From NCBI RefSeq assembly GCF_963921235.1, contig NC_086127.1, forward strand, positions 5,518,001-5,582,000: 64,000 nucleotides of DNA, in the 5' to 3' direction. Both the position numbers and the translations under genes were made by a program. The DNA is from Mobula hypostoma (Eukaryota). Of this stretch, positions 24,449-37,251 are shown piece after piece. The first letter of the stretch is position 1; the number at the start of each line of letters is the position of its first letter. The notes below the pieces were generated by a model, which worked only from the letters and a program-made list of their open reading frames with translations, was not told the DNA's origin and searched no databases.

Positions 24449-25300
24449 CATAAGACCTTAAGACATTGGAGCAGAATTAGGCCATCTGGCCCATCGAGTC
24501 TGCTCCGCCATTCAATCAAGGCAGATTCTTTTTTCCCTCCTCCTCAACCCGATTTCTGGGCCTTCTCCCCGGAACCTTAGATGCCATGTCCAATCGGGAA
24601 ATTATCAATCTCCGTCTTAAATACACCCAACGACCTGCCCTCCACAGCTGCATGTGGCAAGAAATTCCACAAATTCACCACCCTTTGGCTACATAACTTT
24701 CTCTGTATCTCTGATTTGAAAGGGCGCCCCAGTGTCCTGACACTGTGCCCTCTTGTCCTAGACCTCTCCCACCATGGGAAACATCCTTTCCACATCTACT
24801 GTGTCTGGACCTTTCAATGTTCGAACGGTTTCAGTGTTCGAATATCATCCTTCTGAATTCCGACGAGTACAGACCCAGAGCTATCAAACGTTCCTCGTAC
24901 GATCACTGGTCTTTCCCAGAATCATCCTAGTGACCCTCCTTTGGACCCTCTCCAATGCCAGCACATCTTTCCTCAGATGTGGGGCCCAAAACTGTCCACA
25001 GTACTGAAAGTGAGGCCTCACTTTATAAAGCCTCAACATCGCATCCTTGTTCTTGTATTCCTGTACTCTTCATAGTGTTCTGCACAAGGAATCCCAAGTC
25101 CATATGCATCTCAGATTCCTGGATTTTCTCCCCGTTTAGAAAATAGTCCAGATATTTATTTCTACTACCAAAGTGCATGACCATACATTTTCCAAATTTG
25201 TATTTGATTTGCCACTTCCTTGCCCATTCCCCTAAAATATTGTCCTTCTGCATCCTACCTGTTTCCTCAACACTACCTGCCCCTCCACAGATCTTCCTCT
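24449..25300 (-). mobile_element. CR1 3' fragment present only in the intron of copy 1
   Basis: RTRGHS..GRPFKSE..SQRVVNLWN; the flanks are contiguous in the paralogue at ~35010-35030. Confidence 0.8.
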
Positions 25301-26702
25301 GCTGACATGTTAATTGGTGAATTGGAGAAACAAACGACTGTAATCCCCAGAGATACAAAATACACAGTTTGAAACTAATCTAATTCGAACACTGACAGGC
25401 CTCAATAGAGGCCTCATGGAGAATCTGTTTCCTACAGTGAGGGAATCGATGATAACAGGATAGGAGGACGTGTCTTCAGAGCCGAGTTGAGGACCAACGA
25501 GTTAAAATAAAACGTGGTGAGTATGTGGAATCCCTTTGCCTCAGCCGTTTATGAAAGCTAATGCATTGGGATATTTAAAGGAGAGGTTGATATGTCCTTA
25601 ATTAGTTTAGGTGTCACAGTTTATGGGGATAAGGCAGGAGAATGGGTTGAGAATGATAATCAACCTGCTACGATGGAATGACGGAGCACACTGGATGTGT
25701 CGAAGGGTCTAAATCTGCTCCCATGTCTCATGGCCTTTATGGGAGCGATAAGGAAACGGCCAGTTGATTCCGTAAGGGTCCGAAGTTTCAGAGATCAGGG
25801 AAGAACTGCGGAGACCCGGAAATGGAAAGCCGACGGCGGACTGTGATCCTACTCTGCACCATTCGCTACTTCATCAGAGATGATTAGTTTCAGAGCGGAA
25901 TTGTAGATAGGATAATGTTTTCAAGCTCGTTGTCGTCGGGACAATGGGAAAAATGGAAAATCCGGGAGATGATCAGCAGGTTTGTCCGCATCCATAGGAA
26001 AAACAAGAATATAAAGAACGTTTCAGGCCGAAGAACCTTTCTCAGAACTGGGAAGGAGACAATGTTAGGTCTCTTGATGCCCCTTTCTGATTCAGTTGCC
26101 CTTCTCTGATGTTCAATCAATTTGATCAATTGCCGTTTAAATCAATTTGATCATTGCCGTTTGCACTGATAGTGAAGGTCATCCCGGGGAATGTCTTTTG
26201 CTCTGTATGTACTTAATCCTATACCCATCCATTTTCCCTGCTTGCGTGGATCCATTCATCCATTGACTGGTAACATTGCCGAGAATTTATCCCTCCGAAT
26301 ACCCCGCTACCACTCGGAGAGAGGCGCCCCCTTACACGCTCGCACTGCAGCATGAGGTACCGCCTACAACTCCAAACCAGTTCTAACGAGCTGCTATAAA
26401 CTGGACTTCTCTTCCTACAGATCAGACCTGAGAGCCGAGTACCTGAAGAACTTTCGTTTCTGGGCCCAGAATTTTAGCCTCTGCATTGTGTTATAAATTT
26501 AGTCATTTCAATCAGAAAATTTTGTATCCTAATATTCAAAGCTCAAAGTAAATTCTGATCAGATATCTATTTATCACCATCTACCAACTTGAGGTTAGTT
26601 TTCTTGCTGGCATTTACAGGAATATTAAGAAATGCAATATAATTCATAGCAGAATAAGACAAAGTTTAATTCTATTCCTGTTTTCTCTTCTCTGACACCC
26701 AG

Positions 26703-27607
26703 TGAACACAGTGGCGATTTCAATCCTGTCCCGGGGGAAATGTGGCCTCTCCACCTGCACCACACGCTACCTGGTTGCCATGGCAGCGGCGGATCTGACG
26801 GCTGTCGTCACTGCATTCTTTGCACGGATCGAGTACTATTCCTCCGGATCCTTCCTGGCGACGTACCCCTTGTGTAGCATTATCTTTGTACTGCAATGTG
26901 CTTCCAGAGACTGTTCCGTCTGGCTCACGGTCACCTTTACCTTCGATCGGTTTGTCGCCATTTGTTGTCAGAAGTTCAAAGCCAGCTATTGCATAGGAAA
27001 GACCGTGTCTTTAGTTCTGGCGATCACCTGCACTATTATGTGTTTTAAAAATATCCCCTTCTATTTCGTTTATAAGCCCAGAGAGATACTCGATGGTGTA
27101 TTGTGGTTTTGCAAGGTCATTCCAGCTTATTTCACTGAACACCAGTGGGTGAGCTTTGACCGATTCGACAAGAGTTTAACCCCTCTGATTCCATTCGCAC
27201 TGATTCTGATCCTCAACGCCCTGACGGTCCGGCACATTTTAGCTGCCAGTCGGGTTCGTAAGGGAATGAGGGGTCAGAGAAAGGGGGAGAACTGCAGTGA
27301 CCCGGCAATGGACAGCAGGCGGCGCTCTGCGATCCTCCTCTTCACCATATCCGGCAGCTTTATCATTTTGTGGTTGGCGACAGTTGTCAATTTCTTCAAG
27401 TATAACGTCGGAGGGACAGATCCCAATAACTACACCGATTCTGAATTTAACTTACAAGCACTTGGATACATGTTACAGAACCTGTGTCTGTGCACGAACA
27501 CGTTTATATATGGAGTAACACAGTCTAAGTTCAGAGAGCAGTTCATAGCCGCAGATAAATGGCCAGTGATCACAATTGTACACTTAATCAGGAAACAAAG
27601 CAACTGA
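26703..27607 (+). CDS. GPR139/GPR142-like GPCR copy 1, exon 2 (intact; spliced protein ~323 aa)
   Basis: Polypyrimidine tract and CAG acceptor at 26700-26702. 7TM motifs YLVAMAAADL (TM2), SVWLTVTFTFDRFVAIC (TM3), KNIPFYF, TPLIPF..LN, SFIILW, TNTFIY..SKFR. Confidence 0.9.
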
Positions 27608-28099
27608 CGGCAGCCAGGGTTTATTCCGAATGGCTCCAGACTATGATGTGATACTGGAATCCAGATATTGTGACCACTCGCTGAAAATAAAAGCAATAGT
27701 CAGTCAGAATATAAATCTAGAAGAGGCCAAAATGTTAAATCGACAACTTTGTTGTTTGTTCTTTGGAGAAATCTCTCGCCAAGATACACGATTCAGGTTT
27801 CAAGCCCGAATAATGCGATTTCCGGTAGGCAAGTGCAAGGAGAACAAAATAATTGTCATTCCAGATCCGATGCAAAAAAGACAACAAAAAGATTTAAAAA
27901 AACACAATACTACTATTACTATTACTACTACTACTACTAGTACTGATGATTATAACGATGATGATGATCATAATAATAATAATAATGTTCATCGTCATTA
28001 TAGTCCGGACAATCCATAATCACCGTCGGGATCTAATGATTCTGGATACACAAGCAAGAACAACAGATTTACTAGATATGGTCATTTCAATCACAATGT

Positions 28100-30350
28100 T
28101 TGGCCAATGGGAAATTCCCTTTTCGGCGATGGAGTGGAGATTCTCGACAAAGCGATCCCCCAATTTACGTCGGGTTTCACTCATATAGTGGAGGCCGGAT
28201 CAGGAGCTCCGGATAGAGCGGGCAAACCGAGCAGATTCGCCAGTGAAGAGTTGCCTCGGTGCGAAGGACTTTTTGGGGCCTTGAATAAGGGATGGAGTGA
28301 ATGTGCAGTTATAACAATTTATCTTCATGTGGGGATAAGGGCTGGGCTGGGGGATAATGGGGAGTGACGAATGGACAAGGCAACCACGGCGGGAGTGATT
28401 CCTGCGGAAAGTGGAGAGGGGTCCATAAGGATTTGCTTGGTGGTCGGGTCCCGGTGAAGATGATGGATGTTGCTCTGCCTGATCTGCGGGCTCAGGGGGT
28501 GGTAAGTGAGGACGAGAGGATCCCTATCCCTGTTAGGGCAGCGGGAAGATGAAGTGTGAAACGATGTCCGGAAAATGGAGAAGAAGCGAGCGAGGGCGGC
28601 ATCTATGGTGGAGGAGGGGAAATCCTATTCGTGTAGACAGAAACATCTCTGATGTCCAGGAAGGGAAAGCCTCTTTCTGGGAACAGTTGCGGCGGAGAAA
28701 ATGGAACTGAGAAAAGGAATGGCGCTATAAAGGAGACAGGGTGGGGAGCGCTATAGTCAAATTATACACGGAAATCCGTGGTTTTATAAAATATTTCGGT
28801 AGACAGTTTGTCTCTTGAGATGGAGACAGAGAGAATGAGAAAGGGTGGAGCAGTGTCAGAACTAGGCCGAGTGAACTGGAGGGCAGGGTGGAAGCTGGGG
28901 GCAATGTTGATGAAATTGACAAGTTCAACATGGTTGACCGAAGCACCATCAATTTGGTCCCTAATGAGGGTAGACAGAGTTGGAAACATTACCAGGGAAA
29001 GCTTAGGACATGGAGTGCTCTAGATATGCAACGTAGAGGCAAACATAGCTGAGGCCCACGCGTGTGCCCACCTTGAGTTTGGAGAAAGTCGGAGAAGCCA
29101 AAAGAGAAATTGTTGAATTTCAGAATCAGGTCCAGCAAACGGAGGAGGGTGGTGGTGGAGGGAAAGTGGTCGTGTTTGTCGTCGAGAAAGAAGCATGGAG
29201 CTTTAAGAGCTTCATGATGGGGTGAGAGTGCATTGGGACTGGATATCCAAAGTGAAAGTGAAGCCACCAGGACCAGGGAATTGAACGTTGTTGAGGAGAT
29301 CGGGACCATGTGAAGTGATGTGGACGGACGTGGGAAGATACTGAATAAAGGGGGATAAAATGGAGGCGAGTTCACTGTAGCAGCGGAAGGCAGGATCAAT
29401 GGACCTATCCCGATGGTGAGGTTTGTGGATGTTGGGTCGGAGGACGAAAAGAACAGAGCGGGGTAAAGGAACGGAGTTTGGTGTCATTGGATGGGAGATC
29501 TCGAGAATTAATGACGTTGGTGATGGAACGGGAGACAATGTTCTGATGGTCCTGAGTTGAACCTTTTGCAAGTGGTAAGTAAGAGCAGATGTCTCAAAGT
29601 ATCCGCCTGGCCTGAGGGAGGTAGAGACTACCACAGAACACCCTTTACCTGCGCGTCTATAGGGAGGTTGGGATTAGTGTGGAGATAGTGGACGGCAGTG
29701 CGTACAGAGTGGGTAAGGTTCAAAGAGGAGAGACGAGTGCTGAAGTCGATATCGTTGATGCGTGGTCCGAAAAGATCCAGAGTAGACACAGAAACAGAGC
29801 GGGATGACCAAGCAGAGGAGCAGGTTTGGTGTCGGGAAACGGGACTGACAGGTGCTGGGCGAGGAATTCTTGCCCAAGAAGTGGGCTCGGAGACGGAGAC
29901 GATTGATGAAGAGCTCGGCTTCGCAGCGGGCGCTGAACTCACTGAGGTGCGAGCGAAGATGAACAAAACGCTGAGAGCAGAATATTTCGCCTCAGAGAGG
30001 GAGTGGTCGAAAGGTATTGTGAAGACACGGCAGGGATTAGAGCTCTGGAAGAGAGTTGGTGGTATCAGAAGCCAGGTAAGGTTTGGATGTTCATGTAAGT
30101 AGGGCGGGAGCAAGATGGAGGCTCCAACGATCCAACAGGTAACGGGTGAACCGGAGAGACTAGGGGAAAGAGGATCACGGGGGACCAGAAACAGTTAGAA
30201 AGGTCGCAGCCGGGAAGCGGGCTTCTCCGAGTTCGGGACTGGACCCGGATCTGTAGGTGCCGTAATTAATGGTCTGAAGACGTCCGGGGGCCAGCTGAGT
30301 GCATCCTAGAACAATGTGCGAATATGGAGAAAAAGATTGATGTTGTCCGG
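28100..30350 (-). mobile_element. Penelope-like element remnant (RT + GIY-YIG endonuclease)
   Basis: FTLDIQS, LILKFNNFSFG, TEIFYKTTD; GLHYMSETRRKLGDRFVENLHSI near 28130-28200 (YIG-type motif). Many frameshifts. Confidence 0.85.
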
Positions 30351-30544
30351 GCAGAGACGTTCGTATCATCAATACTCTTCAAAAAGTAGAATAGTGTTAG
30401 GCACTCTGGATTTCTATATCACAAGTTACACAATAAATCAGAAGCAGGCTTTTCAACTAACATCAGACAGATGGGCTGGCTTCATAAATAGCATCAGGAT
30501 TCAGCCTCGGCCTGCTGGATTGTTCCTGTCTAAACCGCCTGTCT

Positions 30545-32974
30545 GAATCCCTTCCCTTCTCCATCCTTCTGTTACCTCGTCTGAAGCCTCGCCTCGCCTG
30601 AAACCTTGCCTCGCTTTGCCTCGCCTGAAGTCTTGCTTCGCCTGCACCGCTGTCAAGTTCAATCGCCGGAGCAAGATAATGAACTGTCTATCGTTGTTTT
30701 GAACTGTCTCTGTGTCCTCGCCTTCGCTAGGTAGGTCCGGCCGTCTGTCGCTACCTTGTGTTGAGAACCGTCTCGTCGTAGTCTGCATTCTGCGTAATGA
30801 GTCCCGACCCTATGTCCTGTTTCCAAGGAGAGTGTCATGGTCCGGTGCGGGAAGTTCGCATTCCGGTTCACAGTCCAGTCCTTGGACTCAGGACTCCGGG
30901 TCTTCCAGCTGTCCCTTGCTTGGTTGAGTTAATCGTAGGCACCTGACTTCCATCTTGGGGCTTTGAATATAAGTAGCCTTGGGAACAACTGTGGGCTGCT
31001 TGTTTGTCTTGTCAAGATTGCCTGGGAGCAACCTGGCAGTGTAAGGCTAGTGTGGCCACTTGCCAACTTTAGGCCGCCTTGGAGAACCATCGCTTCATGG
31101 AGCCTTGCTGTCGGTAGTCAGAGATGTCTTTGTGGTATGGATTCGATTGTCTCCCGGGCCAGCTGAGTGGCCGTCAGACACTCTGAGCTACGTAGGGATC
31201 CGACTGTTTCCGTAGCCAGCCGAGATCGCTGGCCGTTACTGCGACTCGGAGCAACCCCGAAGCAGAGTTGGAACTGTCTGTCGTTCTTCGATGTTTGTCT
31301 CTTCTTGTCCTCGCCTCCGTAGGGAAAGTCAGGCCGTTCTGCCGTTGTCTTGCGGGGGGATCTGTCTTGTCCTGTCCTCGCCTCTGTGGAGTAAGTCAAA
31401 CTGTTCTGCCGTTGCCCTGCTGGGAACCTGTCTTGTCTTGTCTTTGCCTCTGTTAGGTAAGTCCGGCCGTTCTGCCGTTACCCGACGGATGGACCTGTCC
31501 CACCTTGGTGGGGAGATAAAGTTGAGTCCCGGCTTGTCTAAGGATAAGTCCTGGCTCTATGACTATGTACTATCCAGTCTCATGTTATTGTCGTGTTAAA
31601 GATGAGTCCCGGCTTTTCGAAGGATAAGTCCCAGCTCCATGTTGATGAACAGTTCCCAGTCTGTCTCCGAACTCCAGCCTTCGAGTTATCAGCCTCCGCA
31701 TTCCAAGCCTCAAGACCCCACCTTGTCTCAAGCTCAAGTCTCAAGGCCCCAGCCTCCCTCCAAGCTCAATCTCAAGACACCAGCCTGTCTCCAAGCTCAA
31801 GACCAAGACTACGGAGCTGGTGGTAGACCTGAGGAGAGTTAAGGTACCGGCGACCACTTTTTCCATCCAGGAGGTCAGTGTGGACATGGTGGAGGATTAC
31901 ATATACCTGGGGATACGAATTGACAATAAACTGGACTGATCAAAGAACACTGAGTTTGTCTACAGAGCCGTCTCTATTTCCTGAGGAGACTGAAGTCCTT
32001 TAACATCTGCCGGACGATGCTGAGGATGTTCTACGGGTCTGTGGTGGCCAGTGCGATCATGTTTGCTGTTGTGTGCTGAGGCAGCAGGCTGAAGGTAGCA
32101 GACAGCAACAGAATCAACAAACTCATTCGTAAGGCCAATGATATTGTGGGGGTGGAGCTGGACTCTCTGACGGTGGTGTCTGAAAAGAGGATGCTGTCTA
32201 AGTTGCATGCCATCTTGGACAATGTCTCCCATTTATTACATAATGTACTAGTGGGGTACAGGATTACATTCAGCCAGAGACTCATTCCACAGAGATGCAA
32301 CACAGAGCGTCATAGGAAGTCATTCCTGCCTGTGGCCATCAAACTTTACAACTCCTCTCTTGGAGGGTCAGAGACCCTGAGCCAATAGGCTGGTCCTGGA
32401 CTTATTCCCGGCATAATTTACATATTACTATTTAACTATTTATGGTTTTATTACTATTTAATTATTTATGGTACAACTGTAACGAAAACCAATTTTCCCT
32501 CGGATCAATAAAGTATGACTATGACTATGACTATGACTATGACTACTAAGACTGTCTCCAAGCTCAGGATTAAGATCCCAGCCTTCTCCAAGCTCAAGAC
32601 CAAGACGCCAGCCTGTCTCCAACCTCAAAACCATGACCCCAGCCTGTCCCCAAGCTCAAGACCAAGACCCCAGCCTCAAGACTCAAGACCCCAACCTGTC
32701 TACAAGCCTCTAGACCCCAGCCACATCCTGTCCTGTAGTCATGCCATGTCCTTGCCTGGTTCTGAGGCCCAAGCCCGAGGCAAGACCCAGGTTCTGGGTC
32801 CTTGCCCATTCTCTGGCTTAGAGCCCAAGCCAGGATCCTAGTTCATAGTTCCTTGTCCGATTTCCCTGTTTCTTGTCCACGTCCTAGCCCAGGTCCTGCA
32901 TCCACGTCCTGTTCCTAGTACTTCAGTGTCTGTGTCTTGCATTTGGGTCAGTTCCCAACGCCCCCATTGTGACA
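30545..32974 (+). mobile_element. LTR-like non-coding element with internal short repeats, ending ...TGTGACA 42 nt before the ATG of GPCR copy 2
   Basis: CACCTG..TATAAG segment (~30940-30972), internal imperfect repeats (GCCTCGCC, CAAGCTCAAGACC), LTR-like CA terminus. 5' boundary and TSD not identified. Confidence 0.5.
31800..32545 (+). mobile_element. Rex1/Babar-like LINE 3' fragment nested in the LTR-like element, (TATGAC)n tail
   Basis: KTKTTELVVDL, YLGIRIDNKLD, RLYFLRRLKSFNIC, RKSFLPVAIKLYN; AATAAA + (TATGAC)5. Confidence 0.85.
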
Positions 32975-33016
32975 GACTGACAGCTGCTGAAATCCTCTGA
33001 TCAATTCACTCAGAAA

Positions 33017-33083
33017 ATGTTGGAAACCTTATACCGCTTCAGAGATACCTACTATCTGGTCATCCTGGTTATCGCTGTGCCCA
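33017..33083 (+). CDS. GPR139/GPR142-like GPCR copy 2, exon 1 (MLETLYRFRDTYYLVILVIAVP)
   Basis: 67 nt, A|GTAAGA donor, phase 1, paralogous to 21480-21546. Confidence 0.85.
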
Positions 33084-33309
33084 GTAAGAAATATTAAGTG
33101 GTGTGTCATGTTTTACCTAAAGTCAAGAACGCCGTGCTCAGCGCTGTCACTGATGATAATGACATTCTACTTGGTAAAAGTCGAAAGCTGTTTTACTGAA
33201 ATTTCCTGCAAATGGCATAGAAAAGAATGTAAATAAAAACTTGTACCGGCTGTAAGTTTCGCGTCGGGTGAAATGCCGTACTGCGTGATATTAAACAACA
33301 GCGCAATGA

Positions 33310-33866
33310 AAGGATCTGCATTGATGAGAAGATGAATGTTGGTAATTACAGAGAGATCATCGATAAAAATCTGCTGGCCTCTGCCAGAAAGCTTAAACTG
33401 GGTAGGAAGTTCGTGATTCAATCGGACAACATCCAAATACGTCGCCAGAGCAACAGCGGAGTGGCTTCAAATGCTGAAAATTGATATAGTTGAGGGGCCC
33501 AATCACAGCCGTACCCTTAACCCGATTGAACATCTCTGTCACGGTCTCGGGATTGCTGTGCACCACCGATAACCTGGCACAGCTTGAGAAGTTTGCAAGG
33601 AGGAGTGGGTGAAACAATCTCCATCGCGTTGTGCAAAGCTAATAGAGACGTATCCAACAGTAATATTGGCTGTACTAGCTGTGAGGGATTATTCAACAAA
33701 GTACTGGGTTTAGGAAGGTTTATATTCTCTAGAATATTCCAAGATGCGAATGGATGTTCTTTGTGATGGGAAATACACTGCAGGACATTTCCAAATGAAT
33801 TTCTGAAACCCAATCAGCTACTACAGCGCCTTGTAATGCTACCCGGAGCTCAACAGTTTGTTCACC
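33310..33866 (+). mobile_element. Tc1-like fragment shared with copy 1, plus only the left TIR stub of the fold-back element (33822-33866)
   Basis: Aligns with 21775-22310. Confidence 0.75.
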
Positions 33867-36346
33867 CTTTCTGGACTCCACTAATAGCACCGGCGACCTT
33901 CCGTGCCTGGAATTCAGCGAATTCTCAATGTCTGCACAAGGCTCAGGAGTTAAAAGACAGGAGGAGCTGACGGTTTATTTAAAGCGACCAGGGGTTTGTT
34001 TTCTTGTGCAGGAAGCAAGAGGCACGTTCTTAAACTCTGAATAGTTCCGATTTTACCGTCAGGCGACTACAAGGATGGTGAGAAACTAATCTCGGTATTC
34101 AATACTCAGAACAAATGTTATAAATAATTTGATGGAGAGGTATATTGATCGCTATGTTAAGGAAATGCGTGCTAACATAAATTCGACTTCCTCAGTTTGA
34201 TGTTAGAGTCTCATCCCGAAACGATGAATCTTTTTTGGTTAAGCAGACGCTGCCTCACTGGCTGTGATCTACTGGAATTTTTGTGAGTGTCGCTCAGTAC
34301 CTTGTAGAACATTTTGAGAATTTGAAATAACTGTTCAAATCGTTCATACGGTGCACTACACTATATAGTGGCTATCAAGAGTAATGCTAGTTACATTGTT
34401 GATAGACAAAAAAGGTTGCTTTGATCCAAAATAACTTCATCTATTGCAATGTATGCTGACTGCTTAAGTCCTTTTCATACTAGTTTATCACCTCGTTGAA
34501 GGGAGCCATGTGCCTGGGGAGAGTTTAGTTTCCTTCACATTCATATAAAGTTAAGTCTCCCTTCACTACCCGCATTTCAGTGCGTTCCCTAGCACCAGGA
34601 CTCTCAGATTTATTGACCAGACTGGAAGCTGGAAATAGCGCAGAGAAAACAAAATAACAGAAATCCAGGTCGTTCCCTCTACTTAGCCGATGGACAGATA
34701 TCATTAATCTGAGGGAAGATTATTTCCTGAAACTCAGAGATGATACCTGCCCCATTGAACATCTCCAGCGTTTTCTTTTTGATTTTCAGTCTTCCAGCAT
34801 CTAAAGTTTTTAATTTGCCCGCGCGTTTTCTTTTGACTTCCACTTGGCAAGGTCCCAGAATTCAGAATGACAAGCAGTTAACCAATTATGCACCAGTGTG
34901 CAATCCTTATACTGCAAAAACAAATTATATTGACGTGTTATAGGTGTGAGGAGTGAGCAAGAGATAAAATCTCGGTCCGTATAATCTCTAAGGGCGGGTC
35001 AAGCAACAAGAAATAGTCAATTTCCTGACAGGTTGATTGGTGAAATAGGGAGACAAACGAACAATAATCGCTAATCCCATTTGAACATAGAGAGGATGTT
35101 TCCTATAGTGAGGAAATCTCGGACAAGTGGGCACAGAATAGAAGGAAGTCCCTTCAGAACATACCTGGGGAGCAATTTCGTTAGCCAAAGGGTTGTGACT
35201 GTGGAATTCAATTATCTCAGACGGTTGTGGAAGCTAACTCATTGGGTATATTTAAAGTGGAGATTGATTATGTCCTTCATTACTCAGGGTGTCTAAGGTT
35301 ACGGGGATAAGGCAGGAGAATGGGGTTGAGAGGGATAATTAATCAGCCACCATGTAATAGGGAGCACACTCGATGCGTCAAATGGCCTAAATCTGCTCCC
35401 ATCTCTCATGGTTTTATGGCTTTATGGGAGCGATAAGGAAACGACTAGTTGATTCCGTAAGGGACCGAAGGGTCAGAGATCAGGGGTGAACTGCAGAGAC
35501 CCGGAAATGGAAAGTCGGCGGCGAACTGTGATCCTACTCTTCCCCATTCGCTACTTCATCAGAGATGATTAGTTTCAAAGCGGAATTCCAGATAGGATAA
35601 TGTTATAAAGCTGGTTGTCGTCGGGACAATGGGAAAAATGAAAAATCAGCAGGTTTGTCCGCATCCATGGGAAGAGTAAGTAAAGAAAGAGCGTTTCATG
35701 TCGAACAGCCTTTTTCAGAACTGGGAAGGAGACAACGTTCGGTACCTTGATGGTCCTTTCTGACCAGGTTTCCCGTCTCTGATGTTCCCTCGGCCCCTTT
35801 CATTTAATTTCATCATTGCCGGTTACATCTGAGAGTGAAGGAGAGCCCAGGGGATGTCTTCTGCTCTGTATGTTGTTAATCGTGTATCCATCCGTTTGTC
35901 CATTCCATTCATCCATTGACCGGTAACATTGTCTACAGCCTGTCCCTCAGACCAACCCGGTTCCACTCGGAGAGAGGCACCCCCTTCCACACTCACACTG
36001 CAGCATCGAGCTGCCAATAGCTCCAACCCCGTTCTGACGAGCTGCTTCGAATTAAAGGACTTTTCTTCCGTCACGTGAGACCTGAGAGCCGAGTACATGA
36101 GGAACTTCCGTTTCTGGCCCTAGGATTTCAGCATCTAAGTTGTTTTATAACTTTAGTCATTTCAATTCCTAAGTGATACATCTTTATGTTCAAAAGTTCA
36201 AGATAGATCTATGATCAGCTATACATGATACGTTTTCCTGCAAGCATTTACACGAATATAAATAAATGGAACAAAACTCATCAATATCGCAGCAGGTTAA
36301 GGCAACGTTGGAAAGCCATCTCTGTTTTCTCTTCTCTGACACCCAG

Positions 36347-37251
36347 TGAACACAGTGGCGATTGCAATCCTGTCCCGGGGGAAGTGCGGCCTCTCCACCT
36401 GCACCACACGCTACCTGGTTGCCATGGCAGCGGCGGATCTGACGGCTGTCGTCACTGCATTCTTTGCACGGATCGAGTACTATTCCTCCGGATCCTTCCT
36501 GGAGACGTACCCCTTGTGTAGCATTATCTTTGTACTGCAATGTGCTTCCAGAGACTGTTCCGTCTGGCTCACGGTCACCTTTACCTTCGATCGGTTTGTC
36601 GCCATTTGTTGTCAGAAGTTAAAAGCCAGCTATTGCACGGGAAGGACCGCGGCCTTGGTTCTGGTGAACACCTGCACTATTATGTGTTTAAAAAATATCC
36701 CTTTCTATTTCATTTATAACCCAAGGGAAATAATCGATGGTGTATTATGGATTTGTAAGTTCAACACAGATTATTACACTGAACACCAGTGGGTGAGCTT
36801 TGACCAATTCGATAAGAGTTTAACCCCACTGATTCCATTCGCACTGATTCTGATCCTCAACGCCCTGACGGTCCGGCACATTTTAGCGGCCAGTCGGGTT
36901 CGTAAAGGACTGAGGGGTCAGAGGAAGGGGGAGAACTGCAGTGACTCGGCAATGGACAGCAGGCGGCGCTCTGCGATCCTCCTCTTCACCATATCCGGCA
37001 GCTTTATCATTTTGTGGTTGGCGACAGTTGTCAATTTCTTCACGTATAACGTCGGAGGGACAGATCCCAATAATTACACGGATTCTGAATTTATCTTACT
37101 GGAGCTTGGATACATGTTACAGAACCTGTGTCTGTGCACGAACACATTTATATATGGAGTAACACAGTCTAAGTTCAGAGAGCAGTTCATAGCCGCAGTT
37201 AAATGGCCAGTGATCACAATTGTACACTTAATCAGGAGACAAAGCAACTGA
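36347..37251 (+). CDS. GPR139/GPR142-like GPCR copy 2, exon 2 (intact)
   Basis: CAG acceptor 36344-36346; 28 of 301 aa differ from copy 1 (hand count). Confidence 0.9.
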
